Shown: piece after piece, positions 42,709 to 51,705 of the stretch
Position numbering within the stretch: position 1 is the stretch's first letter
How the letters are laid out: the number at the start of each line of letters is the position of its first letter
Origin: an uncultured delta proteobacterium
GTDB taxonomy: Bacteria; Desulfobacterota; Binatia; UBA9968
Assembly (NCBI GenBank): GCA_963728565.1
Contig: CAVSLC010000002.1
Location: 160,001-224,000, forward strand
Length of the DNA: 64,000 nt
Direction of reading: 5' to 3'
Notes under the pieces: model-generated
Database searches by the model: none
Told to the model about the DNA's origin: nothing
Seen by the model: only the letters and a program-made list of their open reading frames with translations
Program-made: the position numbers and the translations under genes

Positions 42709-44221
42709 ATGGCAGATAAGTATGACGTTATTATCGTCGGGGGAGGCTCCGCCGGACTCGTGGCCGCCAACCGGCTTACAGAAGACCCGAGTCGCAAAGT
42801 CTTGTTGCTCGAAGCCGGGCCTGACCCGCAGCCATTGCCCGAGCTTGTTGCCGAGGCTTCGAATCAGACTCGCTTGTTACTTGAATCAGAATACGTCGCG
42901 ATGTTTCCGACCCAACGGCATCTCGACGGCAGCACTTATTATGCCCTTGCCGGCCGCATCATGGGCGGCGGCTCTTCGGTAAACGTGATGTCGGTGCTGC
43001 GCCCGCAGCGCTATGATCTTGATCAATGGGTGCAGGCCGGCAATCCCGATTGGTCCTACCAAACCTGCTTGCCATTTATGAAACGCATCGAGTCGGACCA
43101 AGATTTTCCCGATAGTCCGATTCACGGTAACGATGGGCCGCTCTACGTCAAGCGGCATTATACTCTCGACATGCCGGCGTCGCCGCCGGTGCGCGCATTC
43201 ATTGACGCCGCTTATAGTATGGGCTTGCCGAGATGTCCCGATCTCAACGTGCCGGAGCCGTACGGTGTTTGCGCTTCGCCGTACAATATCAAGAACGGCA
43301 AACGCCAATCGACGACGATAGCCTATCTCGACCCGGTACGCGGCCGGCCCAATTTGACGATTATCGCTGAGGCCACGGTCCACTCTCTGCAGCTCTCTGG
43401 CAAAAAAGCCGAAGGCGTGCGTTATGAGAAGAACGGCCAGATGCACTCCGTGTATGGGCGGGCAAATTTTGCTCACTGCCGGAGTGTATGGTTCGCCGCA
43501 GATACTGATGCTTTCGGGAATCGGTCAAAGTGACCAGTTAAAAAAACATGGCATTCCGGTGGTCCATGAGCTGAAAGGAATCGGCGAAAACTATCAAGAC
43601 CATCCGGTGGTGTTTATGACTTTCGAAGGGCCCAGAGAGTCGAAGGAGGACTGGGTTGTGCCGCGCTTCCGCCTGATCATTCGTAAGAACCCCATCAGTG
43701 AGGCGGCCAATTTTCACATCAACATGCGGCCGCCGACGGAGGTGAGCGGTCTTAAGCGCATGATGCCGGTCTCGGCGCACTTGCTCGAGCAGCGAAATCG
43801 CGGCCGGGTTTTTCTGCAGAGCGCGGATCCTCAGGAGCAGCTCGGCATTGATTCCTGCATGCTCGAACATCCCGAAGATTTAAAAGCAATGATCGAAGCC
43901 ATGCAGTTCATCGATGAGCTCGTGCACAAGGAGGAGACCAGAGAGTTTTACGGTCCTTTGATTCAACCGGGTCCCGGCGAAGATTGGGGCAAATTCGCGC
44001 GGACGACCTATGACAGCTATCATCACGGCGTCGGCACCTGTAAGATGGGACCGGCGTCCGACAGCATGGCGGTGGTCGATCAAAGGTTGCGGGTTCATGG
44101 GATTGCCAATCTTTGGGTTGGAGACGCTTCGATTATGCCGGTAGTGAGTCGGGCCAATACGAATTTAACCTCGATCATGATCGGCGAGCGCTTGGCGGAT
44201 TTTGTGCAGGAAGTGGCTTAA
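42709..44221 (+). CDS. GMC family oxidoreductase (frameshift near 43460)
   Basis: IIVGGGSAG, LLEAG, GGGSSVN; next frame SPQILMLSGIG, GENYQDHP, YHHGVGTCKMG, DASIMP...ANTN. Confidence 0.92.
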
Positions 44222-44235
44222 AGAAGAAAGACCTG

Positions 44236-44333
44236 GTTCAAAACGTTCAAGCCGTTCAAAACGTTCAAATCGTTTCAGATCAAAATCTGTTCCGAACATT
44301 TTGAACGGCTGGAACTGCTTGAACGGTTTGAAC
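44236..44333. repeat. 9-bp-periodic palindromic repeat
   Basis: GTTCAAAAC GTTCAAGCC GTTCAAAAC GTTCAAATC, a 26-nt spacer, then ATTTTGAAC GGCTGGAAC TGCTTGAAC GGTTTGAAC. Confidence 0.85.
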
Positions 44334-44361
44334 GCGCGTTAGCGCTCTCCTGGGAGGCTCC

Positions 44362-44871
44362 ATGGCCGATTACCCGTTGACGGCTGCAGCAATCAGCAGC
44401 GAGATTAAACGCGCCGGCATTCACTTCGTCGTCGCCTTGCCGGACCGTGTCACCAGTCAACATCTTCTCAAAGGCATGCTGAGCGACGGCGACTTTCATG
44501 TCGTTCAGGTATGCAAGGAAGACGAAGGCGTCTCGGTGTGCAGCGGGCTTTACGCCGCGGGCAAGCGTGCGGTTCTGATGATGCAATATACGGGTTTACT
44601 CGATTCGATCAACTCGATCCGCGGCATCGGCGTCGAAGGGCGATTTCCGGTCTGCATGGTTGTCGGGCTACTCGGCAAAGAACCGGACGTGGCGCCGACC
44701 AATTCCAAGAAGTATGGAGTGAAGATCATCGAACCGATCCTTGACGTGATGGGAATCGAACACCACCTCGTTGAACGTGACGCCGACGCGAAAAAAATCG
44801 GCTCGGCCATCGACAAAGCTTTCGCTGAATCGTTTCCTGTAGCTGTGCTAATCGGAAGGGAGCCCCGCTAG
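44362..44871 (+). CDS. Sulfopyruvate/phosphonopyruvate decarboxylase alpha subunit (ComD-like)
   Basis: GI.FV..LPD, CKEDEGV..C.G, LMMQ.TG...S.N (TPP PYR domain). Confidence 0.8.
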   Translation: MADYPLTAAAISSEIKRAGIHFVVALPDRVTSQHLLKGMLSDGDFHVVQVCKEDEGVSVCSGLYAAGKRAVLMMQYTGLLDSINSIRGIGVEGRFPVCMVVGLLGKEPDVAPTNSKKYGVKIIEPILDVMGIEHHLVERDADAKKIGSAIDKAFAESFPVAVLIGREPR

Positions 44872-44873
44872 CG

Positions 44874-45440
44874 ATGATGAAACGCGATGAAATGCTCAAA
44901 GTCTTCGCACGTCAACGAAAAGATGAGATCGTTGTGGCGGTTTACATGGCGGCGCAAGAGATTACGCATATTGCGCCCAATGATCTTAATTACACATTCA
45001 CCGGCGCGATGGGGCAGGGTTCATCCCATGCCCTCGGTTTGGCCCTCGGGCGCCCGGACCGCCGCGTCATCGTTTTCGACGGAGACGGCAGTTTGCTGAT
45101 GAATCTTGGCAGCTTGGTCACCATCGCCAACCAAGCGCCAAAGAATCTAGTTCATTGCCTTTGCGAAAACGGCACCTACGAAACCAACGGCGCCGTGCCG
45201 ATACCGCGCGCCGGACAAATTCGATTTACCGATCTTGCCAAAACCGCAGGATACCGAAACACCTACGAACTGGCCGATATTGCCGACTGGGAACGCGAGT
45301 TGCCGCGCATTCTAAAGGAAGACGGGCCGATCTTTGTCGATCTGAAAGTCGAACCCGGCGAAGCATATCCCGAGAATTTCCCGCGGCTTTACAGCCACGA
45401 GCATCGTGAAAAATTTCGCCGCGCGCTCGCAGCCAGCTGA
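44874..45440 (+). CDS. Sulfopyruvate/phosphonopyruvate decarboxylase beta subunit (ComE-like)
   Basis: GAMG..S..ALG.AL, DGDGSLLMNLG...ENG.Y TPP-binding motif. Confidence 0.82.
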   Translation: MMKRDEMLKVFARQRKDEIVVAVYMAAQEITHIAPNDLNYTFTGAMGQGSSHALGLALGRPDRRVIVFDGDGSLLMNLGSLVTIANQAPKNLVHCLCENGTYETNGAVPIPRAGQIRFTDLAKTAGYRNTYELADIADWERELPRILKEDGPIFVDLKVEPGEAYPENFPRLYSHEHREKFRRALAAS

Positions 45441-45721
45441 AAGACCCCCGTTCCGTGGCTCCATCGCTTGGCTCTGGCTGCGTCTTGGGCTCAGAGCTTA
45501 GAGCCGATTCTACGCACACGATCACGGGAACCGCACGATGCTTTGGAAATCCGAGCCGCCAGTAAAAAGAATCTACAGAAATTTCTTTAGAGAACGCTTG
45601 ACCTTCAAGCATCTGTAAACGAGTCTATCAAGAGGCTCGGCCCCGACGCCCAGCTCGAGTGATTTAAACTGCCTTCACTCTCATCAAAGCGTGCTTCCGT
45701 TGTTGCGAGTTTCACCTGGTT

Positions 45722-46597
45722 ATGACTTCCGACGCCACGGCGCAACTGCTGGCTTTGATCACCTCAGTCCTATACGCATCCGCGCTTGTGTCGGCGCGCG
45801 CCGGCCTGCGCTTTTCAACCCCGACGACGGTGACCCTGTTTTCGATTCTCATGCAGAACCTGCTGCTATGGTCGGCAGTCTATGCCAGCGGCGGCGTGCA
45901 TGCGGTGCCGTTAGCCGGAATTCTTTTGTTTACTGTGGTAGGAATTTTTCAGCTGGGTGTTCGACTTCTTGCTTATACCGGCGTGGAAAAGATTGGCGCA
46001 TCGCGCAGCAGCGCGCTCCAGTCGATCAGCCCGTTAGTCAGCGCCATTATTGCGGTGACAATTCTCGGGGAAGAACCCTCTCTGTTGATCGTTTTGGGTA
46101 CGGTCCTGGTGGTTGGCGGCATCGTTCTGGTTTCCTGGAAACCGGAACAACAGCTGGCGGCATTTCGCCGATGGCACCTATTGCTGCCGCTCGGAGCCGC
46201 TTTTCTGACCGGCATGAACCATCCGATTCGTCGTTACGTTCTCGCCATGGCGAACGAGCCGCTGTTTTTTTCCGCTCTTATGGGCACTGTCTCTCTAGCT
46301 GGATTTTTGATCTACCTTGCGGCTTCGCCGCGGTCACAGAAGCTGGTCTGGGACCGCAGGTCTTTTTGGCCGTTTATTGGCACCGGCTTATTCGAAACCT
46401 TTTCAATTCTTTTTATCATAACAGCCATCAGTATGGGTCGGGTTGTGGTGGTAGCGCCGATCGCTGCCAGTTATCCAATCTGGGCGCTCATTGAAGCACG
46501 AATTTTTCTGCGGCAGATCGAACCGATTAATCTTAAAACTCTCCTCGGTATATTGAGCGTCGTTGCCGGCAATGCGGCGATCCATCTGGGCAGATGA
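45722..46597 (+). CDS. DMT/EamA family transporter
   Basis: About 10 TM segments in two repeats; IGASR, SP....IA...LGE, G.V.VVAP. Confidence 0.88.
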   Translation: MTSDATAQLLALITSVLYASALVSARAGLRFSTPTTVTLFSILMQNLLLWSAVYASGGVHAVPLAGILLFTVVGIFQLGVRLLAYTGVEKIGASRSSALQSISPLVSAIIAVTILGEEPSLLIVLGTVLVVGGIVLVSWKPEQQLAAFRRWHLLLPLGAAFLTGMNHPIRRYVLAMANEPLFFSALMGTVSLAGFLIYLAASPRSQKLVWDRRSFWPFIGTGLFETFSILFIITAISMGRVVVVAPIAASYPIWALIEARIFLRQIEPINLKTLLGILSVVAGNAAIHLGR

Positions 46598-46657
46598 GTT
46601 TATACTTGTGAGTCCGATCAGTGTCGCATATGATCCGGCACGACGGGAGGTGCTGCC

Positions 46658-47284
46658 GTGAAACTCTTCGATATCTCTCTTAGCCTTTCGCCTCAGACGA
46701 TTCATTGGGTCACCGGAACCCCGCTGCAATTAATCGAGCGCAAGCGTATGAGCCGCGGTGACACGAACAATTCATCGTCGATCCATACCAGCGTGCATGC
46801 CGGGACCCATGTCGACGCGCCTTTCCATTTCGTACCCGAGGGCGTCACGATCGAATCGCTGCCGCTGGATCTTTTCATTGGACCCGCCAGGGTTTGTGAG
46901 CTCCAACCCGGCAGTCATATAACAGCAGCCGATATCAACAAACTCGCGATACAAGGCGAGGATCGAGTCTTGTTCAAAACGCGCAACTCGCAGTTGCTGC
47001 ACAAAGGCGTCTATGATGCGAGTTTCGCCGCATTTTCAGTTGACGGCGCGAAGGCATTGGTCGATGCCGGCGTTCGTCTCGTCGGTCTCGACTATCTTTC
47101 AGCGGCTCATGCCGATGAACAGGTTCCGGTTCATCGAGCATTCCTCGATTACGGAGTAGTGCTTCTCGAGGGCGTCGATTTATCGCAGGTTCCGTCGGGC
47201 CGGTATGAGCTGATTTGCCCACCGGTGAAACTCGCGGGATCGGACGGCGCGCCCTGCCGCGCGATCCTCAGAGAACTGAATTGA
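46658..47284 (+). CDS. Cyclase family / kynurenine formamidase (KynB-like)
   Basis: HAGTHVDAPFH, VGLDYLS, H..FL, LEG, GSDGAPCRA. Confidence 0.9.
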   Translation: MKLFDISLSLSPQTIHWVTGTPLQLIERKRMSRGDTNNSSSIHTSVHAGTHVDAPFHFVPEGVTIESLPLDLFIGPARVCELQPGSHITAADINKLAIQGEDRVLFKTRNSQLLHKGVYDASFAAFSVDGAKALVDAGVRLVGLDYLSAAHADEQVPVHRAFLDYGVVLLEGVDLSQVPSGRYELICPPVKLAGSDGAPCRAILRELN

Positions 47285-47366
47285 CAAAACGCCCTGGTAG
47301 TTCAAGTCGCGGCTCGACGGTGCGCGCAGGATTTTCCGTTAATACTCCTGATCGCTTTAAAAAATT

Positions 47367-48224
47367 ATGACCAATGCCCAACCAGCGGTAATCGTTCATG
47401 GCGGCGCCGGTCCGATCCGGGACGATTCGCTGCCAGAGCGGCTCGACGGATGCAAAGCAGCGGCGCTGGCGGCCTGGGATATTCTGGCGCAGAACGGATC
47501 GGCACTGGACGCGGCCGAAGCCGCGGTGATGGTTCTCGAAGATAATCCGCTCTTCAATGCCGGTACTGGTTCGACGCTCAATCAAATTGGCAATGTGGAG
47601 ATGGATGCGGCGATCATGGACGGCGATTCGTTGCGTGTTGGTGCTGTGGCAGCCGTACAACGAATCAAGAACCCCATCAAGCTGGCGCGTCGGGTCATGG
47701 AGGATGGCCGGCAGGTGATCCTGGCGGGCGAGGGCGCGCTCATGTTTGCGCGGGAAATTGGCTTTCCGGAATGTTCTCCAGCATCGCTGATTGTCGAACA
47801 CGAGAGAAAACGTTGGGCAGAGAAGCACGGTACGGTGGGGTGCGTGGTGTTGGACGCTAACGGAAAGATCGCCGTGGCGACTTCCACCGGCGGGATTTTC
47901 AATAAGCTGCCGGGTCGCATCGGCGATTCGCCCTTGCCCGGCTGCGGAACATATGCCGACCATCGGGGTGGTGTCTCCTGCACGGGATTGGGCGAAGCGA
48001 TTATTCGCGTTGTCCTAGGCAAGACTGCCATTGACTTTCTCGCCGAAGGCATCGACCCAAATGCGGCCGCGCGTAAGTCTCTGGAACTGTTGGAGGCGAA
48101 AACACGAGCCCAAGCCGGCCTGATCATGATCGATTGCCACGGACGAATTGGTTACGCTCGCAACACGACCCATATGCCTGTGTGCTTTATCAGAGATAAC
48201 CAGAGCATAGCGCTTGACAGTTGA
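47367..48224 (+). CDS. Isoaspartyl peptidase/L-asparaginase (Ntn hydrolase)
   Basis: VHGGAG, LED.P.FNAG.GS, EMDA.IM, GTVG, TSTGG, GRIGDSP, CTG.GE. Confidence 0.93.
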   Translation: MTNAQPAVIVHGGAGPIRDDSLPERLDGCKAAALAAWDILAQNGSALDAAEAAVMVLEDNPLFNAGTGSTLNQIGNVEMDAAIMDGDSLRVGAVAAVQRIKNPIKLARRVMEDGRQVILAGEGALMFAREIGFPECSPASLIVEHERKRWAEKHGTVGCVVLDANGKIAVATSTGGIFNKLPGRIGDSPLPGCGTYADHRGGVSCTGLGEAIIRVVLGKTAIDFLAEGIDPNAAARKSLELLEAKTRAQAGLIMIDCHGRIGYARNTTHMPVCFIRDNQSIALDS

Positions 48225-48446
48225 GTACGAGGTTTGCCTGAATCCGCACCACCTTGCGCAATCCGTAGGCTGGTTGGTTTAGCTGGAAACTCATGGTCAT
48301 CGATTTCGAGCATCATTAGATTTGCGCCGAGCTCGGGCGTTCGCATCGCGCTTTAAAATGTGTTCTGGTGCGGCGAGCCCGGATTCGGCGTCGAAATTGA
48401 TTCATCGGAGGCTGTCCTCCGACCTGAGCAAGTTAAAGAGAGTTTC

Positions 48447-49430
48447 ATGTACAAAGTTTTTCGCGCCAAGATGGTCATCACACTCGCCATCCTGATTGTG
48501 ATTAGCTCATTGGCTTCACCGGGCGGTGCGGCGTCGAGCGCGACCCATGTAAGCATTCATGTTCCATCGAGGAGTCTGTCGATCATGCCGTACTATTTCG
48601 GCAAGGATAAAGGATTCTTCGCAGCGGAGCAGATCGAGCCGCAGTTGATCGTCATGGCGCCGCCCACCGCCATCGCTGCTTTGGTCGCCGGTGAATTGGA
48701 CTTCTCCGCGACCTTGGGCGCCGCGACCTCTGCCATCATGCGTGGGTTGCCGCTTAGGAGAGTGTTTTACGTGCAGCACGATCCAAGCCACGCGCTGATC
48801 GCGCAACCTGAAATTAAAAGCGTGCAAGAATTGATCGGAAAAGTGGTTGCGGTTACGGCTCTGACCGATGCTGTGGGAATGTCTGCGGCGCTGGTGCTAA
48901 AAGGCAATGGCATTGATCCGGGACGGGTGACGCTTCTGGCGACGCAAGTGACCGACAACGCCTACAAGGCGTTAACCTCGCGCAGAGTCGCCGCCACCCT
49001 GATGGCACCGCCGTACATCGAAGAATTGGAAGCGAAGGGCTACCGGCGACTGGCTGAAGCGAGAACCTATGCGCCGCTTAGCTTCATCGGTCTTGTCGCA
49101 TCCATTGATTCACTGACAAAAGATCCGACCAAAGCTTATGGGCTGATCGCCGGCTTGCACCGTACTTTGGTTTACCTGCACAACCCGGCTAACCGGCATG
49201 AGGTTATTCAATACATTGCCGGTTTTCACAAAATCGATTTGCCGCTGGCAGAAAAGGCTTTTGCGACGCAGATGCAATCCTACAGCAAGGATGGCACTAA
49301 ACCGCGCGCCGCTGTTGAGCGCGAGATTGATGTCTACCGGGACACTTTAAAAATCGTCAAGCCGTTTACGCCTGATGACCTGGAAGATATGAGCCTATTA
49401 AGGAAAGTACAAAGAGCGGCGAAAGGGTAA
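48447..49430 (+). CDS. Orphan ABC substrate-binding protein (NMT1/SsuA-like)
   Basis: Signal peptide; KDKGFF..E.I, ALVAGELDF, I.SV.EL.GK.VAV. Confidence 0.82.
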   Translation: MYKVFRAKMVITLAILIVISSLASPGGAASSATHVSIHVPSRSLSIMPYYFGKDKGFFAAEQIEPQLIVMAPPTAIAALVAGELDFSATLGAATSAIMRGLPLRRVFYVQHDPSHALIAQPEIKSVQELIGKVVAVTALTDAVGMSAALVLKGNGIDPGRVTLLATQVTDNAYKALTSRRVAATLMAPPYIEELEAKGYRRLAEARTYAPLSFIGLVASIDSLTKDPTKAYGLIAGLHRTLVYLHNPANRHEVIQYIAGFHKIDLPLAEKAFATQMQSYSKDGTKPRAAVEREIDVYRDTLKIVKPFTPDDLEDMSLLRKVQRAAKG

Positions 49431-49523
49431 AGCCGTGCTCGTGAGACGTGTCAAGAAAAGCTAAAATCTTGACAGCGAAGCTCTGCTCCAGCCAATTAGA
49501 GCGCACTTGTTCGATACCGGCCA

Positions 49524-49778
49524 TTAGCCTCTTTGGGCGAGCTTGATCGCCTGCTCTATGTGCGGGATTACCTCGGGGCAGCATTGCCGGGCTGTCTCTA
49601 AAAAGATTCGCGCTTGGTCCTCGTTACAAACGATCGTGTAGCCGGCAAACAGCACCCCCTCGATGGCATGATCAAGTCGTCTGGCATTGTCAATGAGATC
49701 ACGTACCGGAGAGTCGATAGGGTAGGAGTTACGCAATCGCTTATATTGCGCCGGAGCCATTTTAATATGTATTTCCAT
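49524..49778 (-). CDS. Small hypothetical protein
   Basis: GAGG RBS; 84 aa with protein-like composition; downstream of the TTT binding protein on the same strand. Confidence 0.6.
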   Translation of the reverse strand: MEIHIKMAPAQYKRLRNSYPIDSPVRDLIDNARRLDHAIEGVLFAGYTIVCNEDQARIFLETARQCCPEVIPHIEQAIKLAQRG

Positions 49779-49837
49779 GGCGCTACCTCATCGATCGTCC
49801 TATTCAGAACTGAACCACAAACAAGTCTCCCACTCAA

Positions 49838-50881
49838 TCACTCAGACAGCTTCTTCACACGTTCGATGACTTCCTGCGGTTGATTCATGACCTCGCGAAT
49901 CTGCGTTTCGACTTCCGCGCCGGCAAGAGTTTCCAAATCGAGGCGGCTCTTCTTGGCTTCTTGAACGACCTCCGGCTCGGCGAAGGCTTTGAGATAGGCT
50001 TCACGCAGAACTTTGATGCGCTCCGGCGGAATGCCCGGCGTACCAATGAGCGGTCGCCCCAAAGTCGCGGAGACGAGCATCACGCGTGCGACATTACGGC
50101 TGAGTGCAGGCGTTTTCTTTTTGTCCATCAATTCGGACAATGTCGGCGCATCCGGCAGCCGCCAGTCTTTTTTGGCGCCGGTTTGTACTATGTGCCTGTC
50201 GAAGCCGGACTTGTGCCAGGTGAAATACGGCTCCCGGGCAAAGTGGGTTGTAATGCCGGTGCCCCGACAATGGATCTCGCCTTTTTCAATTGCCAGGTCA
50301 ATCTCAACGCCCCCGGGATAGCCTCTAACGTTGTTGAACTTGGCGCCGAGGGTTTCTTCAAGAATATTGACCATGATTGTCGTCAAGTCCGATGTTCCGG
50401 TTGCGCCGCATTTGGCAGGCTCGCTGATGTTGAGAATGTCGTCAATCGATTTCCACTGTGAGTCGGCTTTCATGTAAAGCACCAAGTCCCTTTGATCCAC
50501 GCTACCAAGCCACGCCAATTTAGTGACATCGAAGGTGGCTTCTTTTCGTCCCAACATCTGATCGAGATAGATGCCGCTCCCGGGCATGCCGAGGGTCAAA
50601 CCATCAGGCTTGGCGACGCTATAAACATAATTGGTCGCCGTCAGCGAACCGGCGCCGGGCATGTTCTGGACAATGATATTCGGGTTTCCAGGAATGTACT
50701 TGGGCATATGGCGGGAGAGAATGCGCGCGTACTGATCGTAAAGGCCGCCCGCGGTAAAACCAACGATGATGCGGATGGTCTTATCCTTGTAGAATGGCGT
50801 TGCTTGAGCTTGTGCCGCGCTCCCCCAGAATAAAGAGATCAAACCGAACAGCGCCGCAGCGATGATATCTTTAATCCTCAT
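49838..50881 (-). CDS. Tripartite tricarboxylate transporter substrate-binding protein (Bug/TctC)
   Basis: YKDKTI.IIVGF.AGG.YD..AR, VQNMPGAG, KPDGLT; GGAGG RBS. Confidence 0.9.
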   Translation of the reverse strand: MRIKDIIAAALFGLISLFWGSAAQAQATPFYKDKTIRIIVGFTAGGLYDQYARILSRHMPKYIPGNPNIIVQNMPGAGSLTATNYVYSVAKPDGLTLGMPGSGIYLDQMLGRKEATFDVTKLAWLGSVDQRDLVLYMKADSQWKSIDDILNISEPAKCGATGTSDLTTIMVNILEETLGAKFNNVRGYPGGVEIDLAIEKGEIHCRGTGITTHFAREPYFTWHKSGFDRHIVQTGAKKDWRLPDAPTLSELMDKKKTPALSRNVARVMLVSATLGRPLIGTPGIPPERIKVLREAYLKAFAEPEVVQEAKKSRLDLETLAGAEVETQIREVMNQPQEVIERVKKLSE

Positions 50882-50982
50882 GCACCCTCCTGTTGAGAAC
50901 TGCTTATAGGCAATCCGCAAAGCTTGTGCAATAAGTTGATTTTCGTTGACAACACCGATTGGGTAAACGTAATCTGATCGTG

Positions 50983-51705
50983 ATGCTTGAGGCAATGCCT
51001 GAGATGACCGCTATTCCGGCAAGCTTCTTTTTAATGGGAAGCGATCCCGGACCGGAAAATGAAATGCCGCGCCATCGGGTTTGGCTCGATTCATTCGCGA
51101 TTGCAAAGGTTCCGGTCACCAACAGAGAATACAGAATCTATGTTGAGGAGCGCCAGGCTGTGGCTGCGCCGTTTTGGTCGGAGCCGATGTTTGCGGATTC
51201 CGAGCAGCCGGTTGTCGGCGTCAGCTGGCATGATGCGGTAGCCTACTGCGCTTGGTTGGGCGCGCGGACCGGCAAAGCTTTCCGGCTGCCGAGCGAAGCC
51301 GAATGGGAAAAGGCGGCGCGTGGTCGGCGCCAAGACGCACTCTATCCTTGGGGGGATGAACCACCTTGCCAAAGAGCATATTCCGGTTACGATACAATGA
51401 CCGGCGGACCGCAGCGAATCGGCATGAACGAGCCCAACGATTTTGGATTATACGACATGAGCGAAGGCGTTCATGAGTGGTGCAGCGACTATTATGATTA
51501 TCGCTATTACAGCTATTCTCCTGACAGGAATCCCCAGGGGCCGCTCTCAGGGTTAAGGCGCGCATCACGGGGCGGTTCATGGCGTCATCGAATCAAGTTT
51601 AGCCGGTGTGCGGCGCGCAGCTCTCTGCCGCCAAGTTTTCGTTACGCCGATTACGGCTTCCGTTTGGCGTTGACCCTGACGCCGCTGCTAGCGGATAATC
51701 TATGA
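50983..51705 (+). CDS. Formylglycine-generating-enzyme (FGE-sulfatase) domain protein
   Basis: F.MGS, P.H.V, PVTN..Y, PVV.VSW.DA..YC, RLPSEAEWE.AARG, FGLYDM, RGGSW, GFR. Confidence 0.9.
   Translation: MLEAMPEMTAIPASFFLMGSDPGPENEMPRHRVWLDSFAIAKVPVTNREYRIYVEERQAVAAPFWSEPMFADSEQPVVGVSWHDAVAYCAWLGARTGKAFRLPSEAEWEKAARGRRQDALYPWGDEPPCQRAYSGYDTMTGGPQRIGMNEPNDFGLYDMSEGVHEWCSDYYDYRYYSYSPDRNPQGPLSGLRRASRGGSWRHRIKFSRCAARSSLPPSFRYADYGFRLALTLTPLLADNL

Noticed and set aside
44236-44333. CRISPR array
   Set aside because: The units are 9 bp, inverted, without unique spacers, and there are no cas genes.
45534-45693. 6S RNA assignment
   Set aside because: The central bubble is suggestive, but the apical arm is short and branched and the usual zapA/fthC context is absent. 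Kept only as an unassigned RNA.
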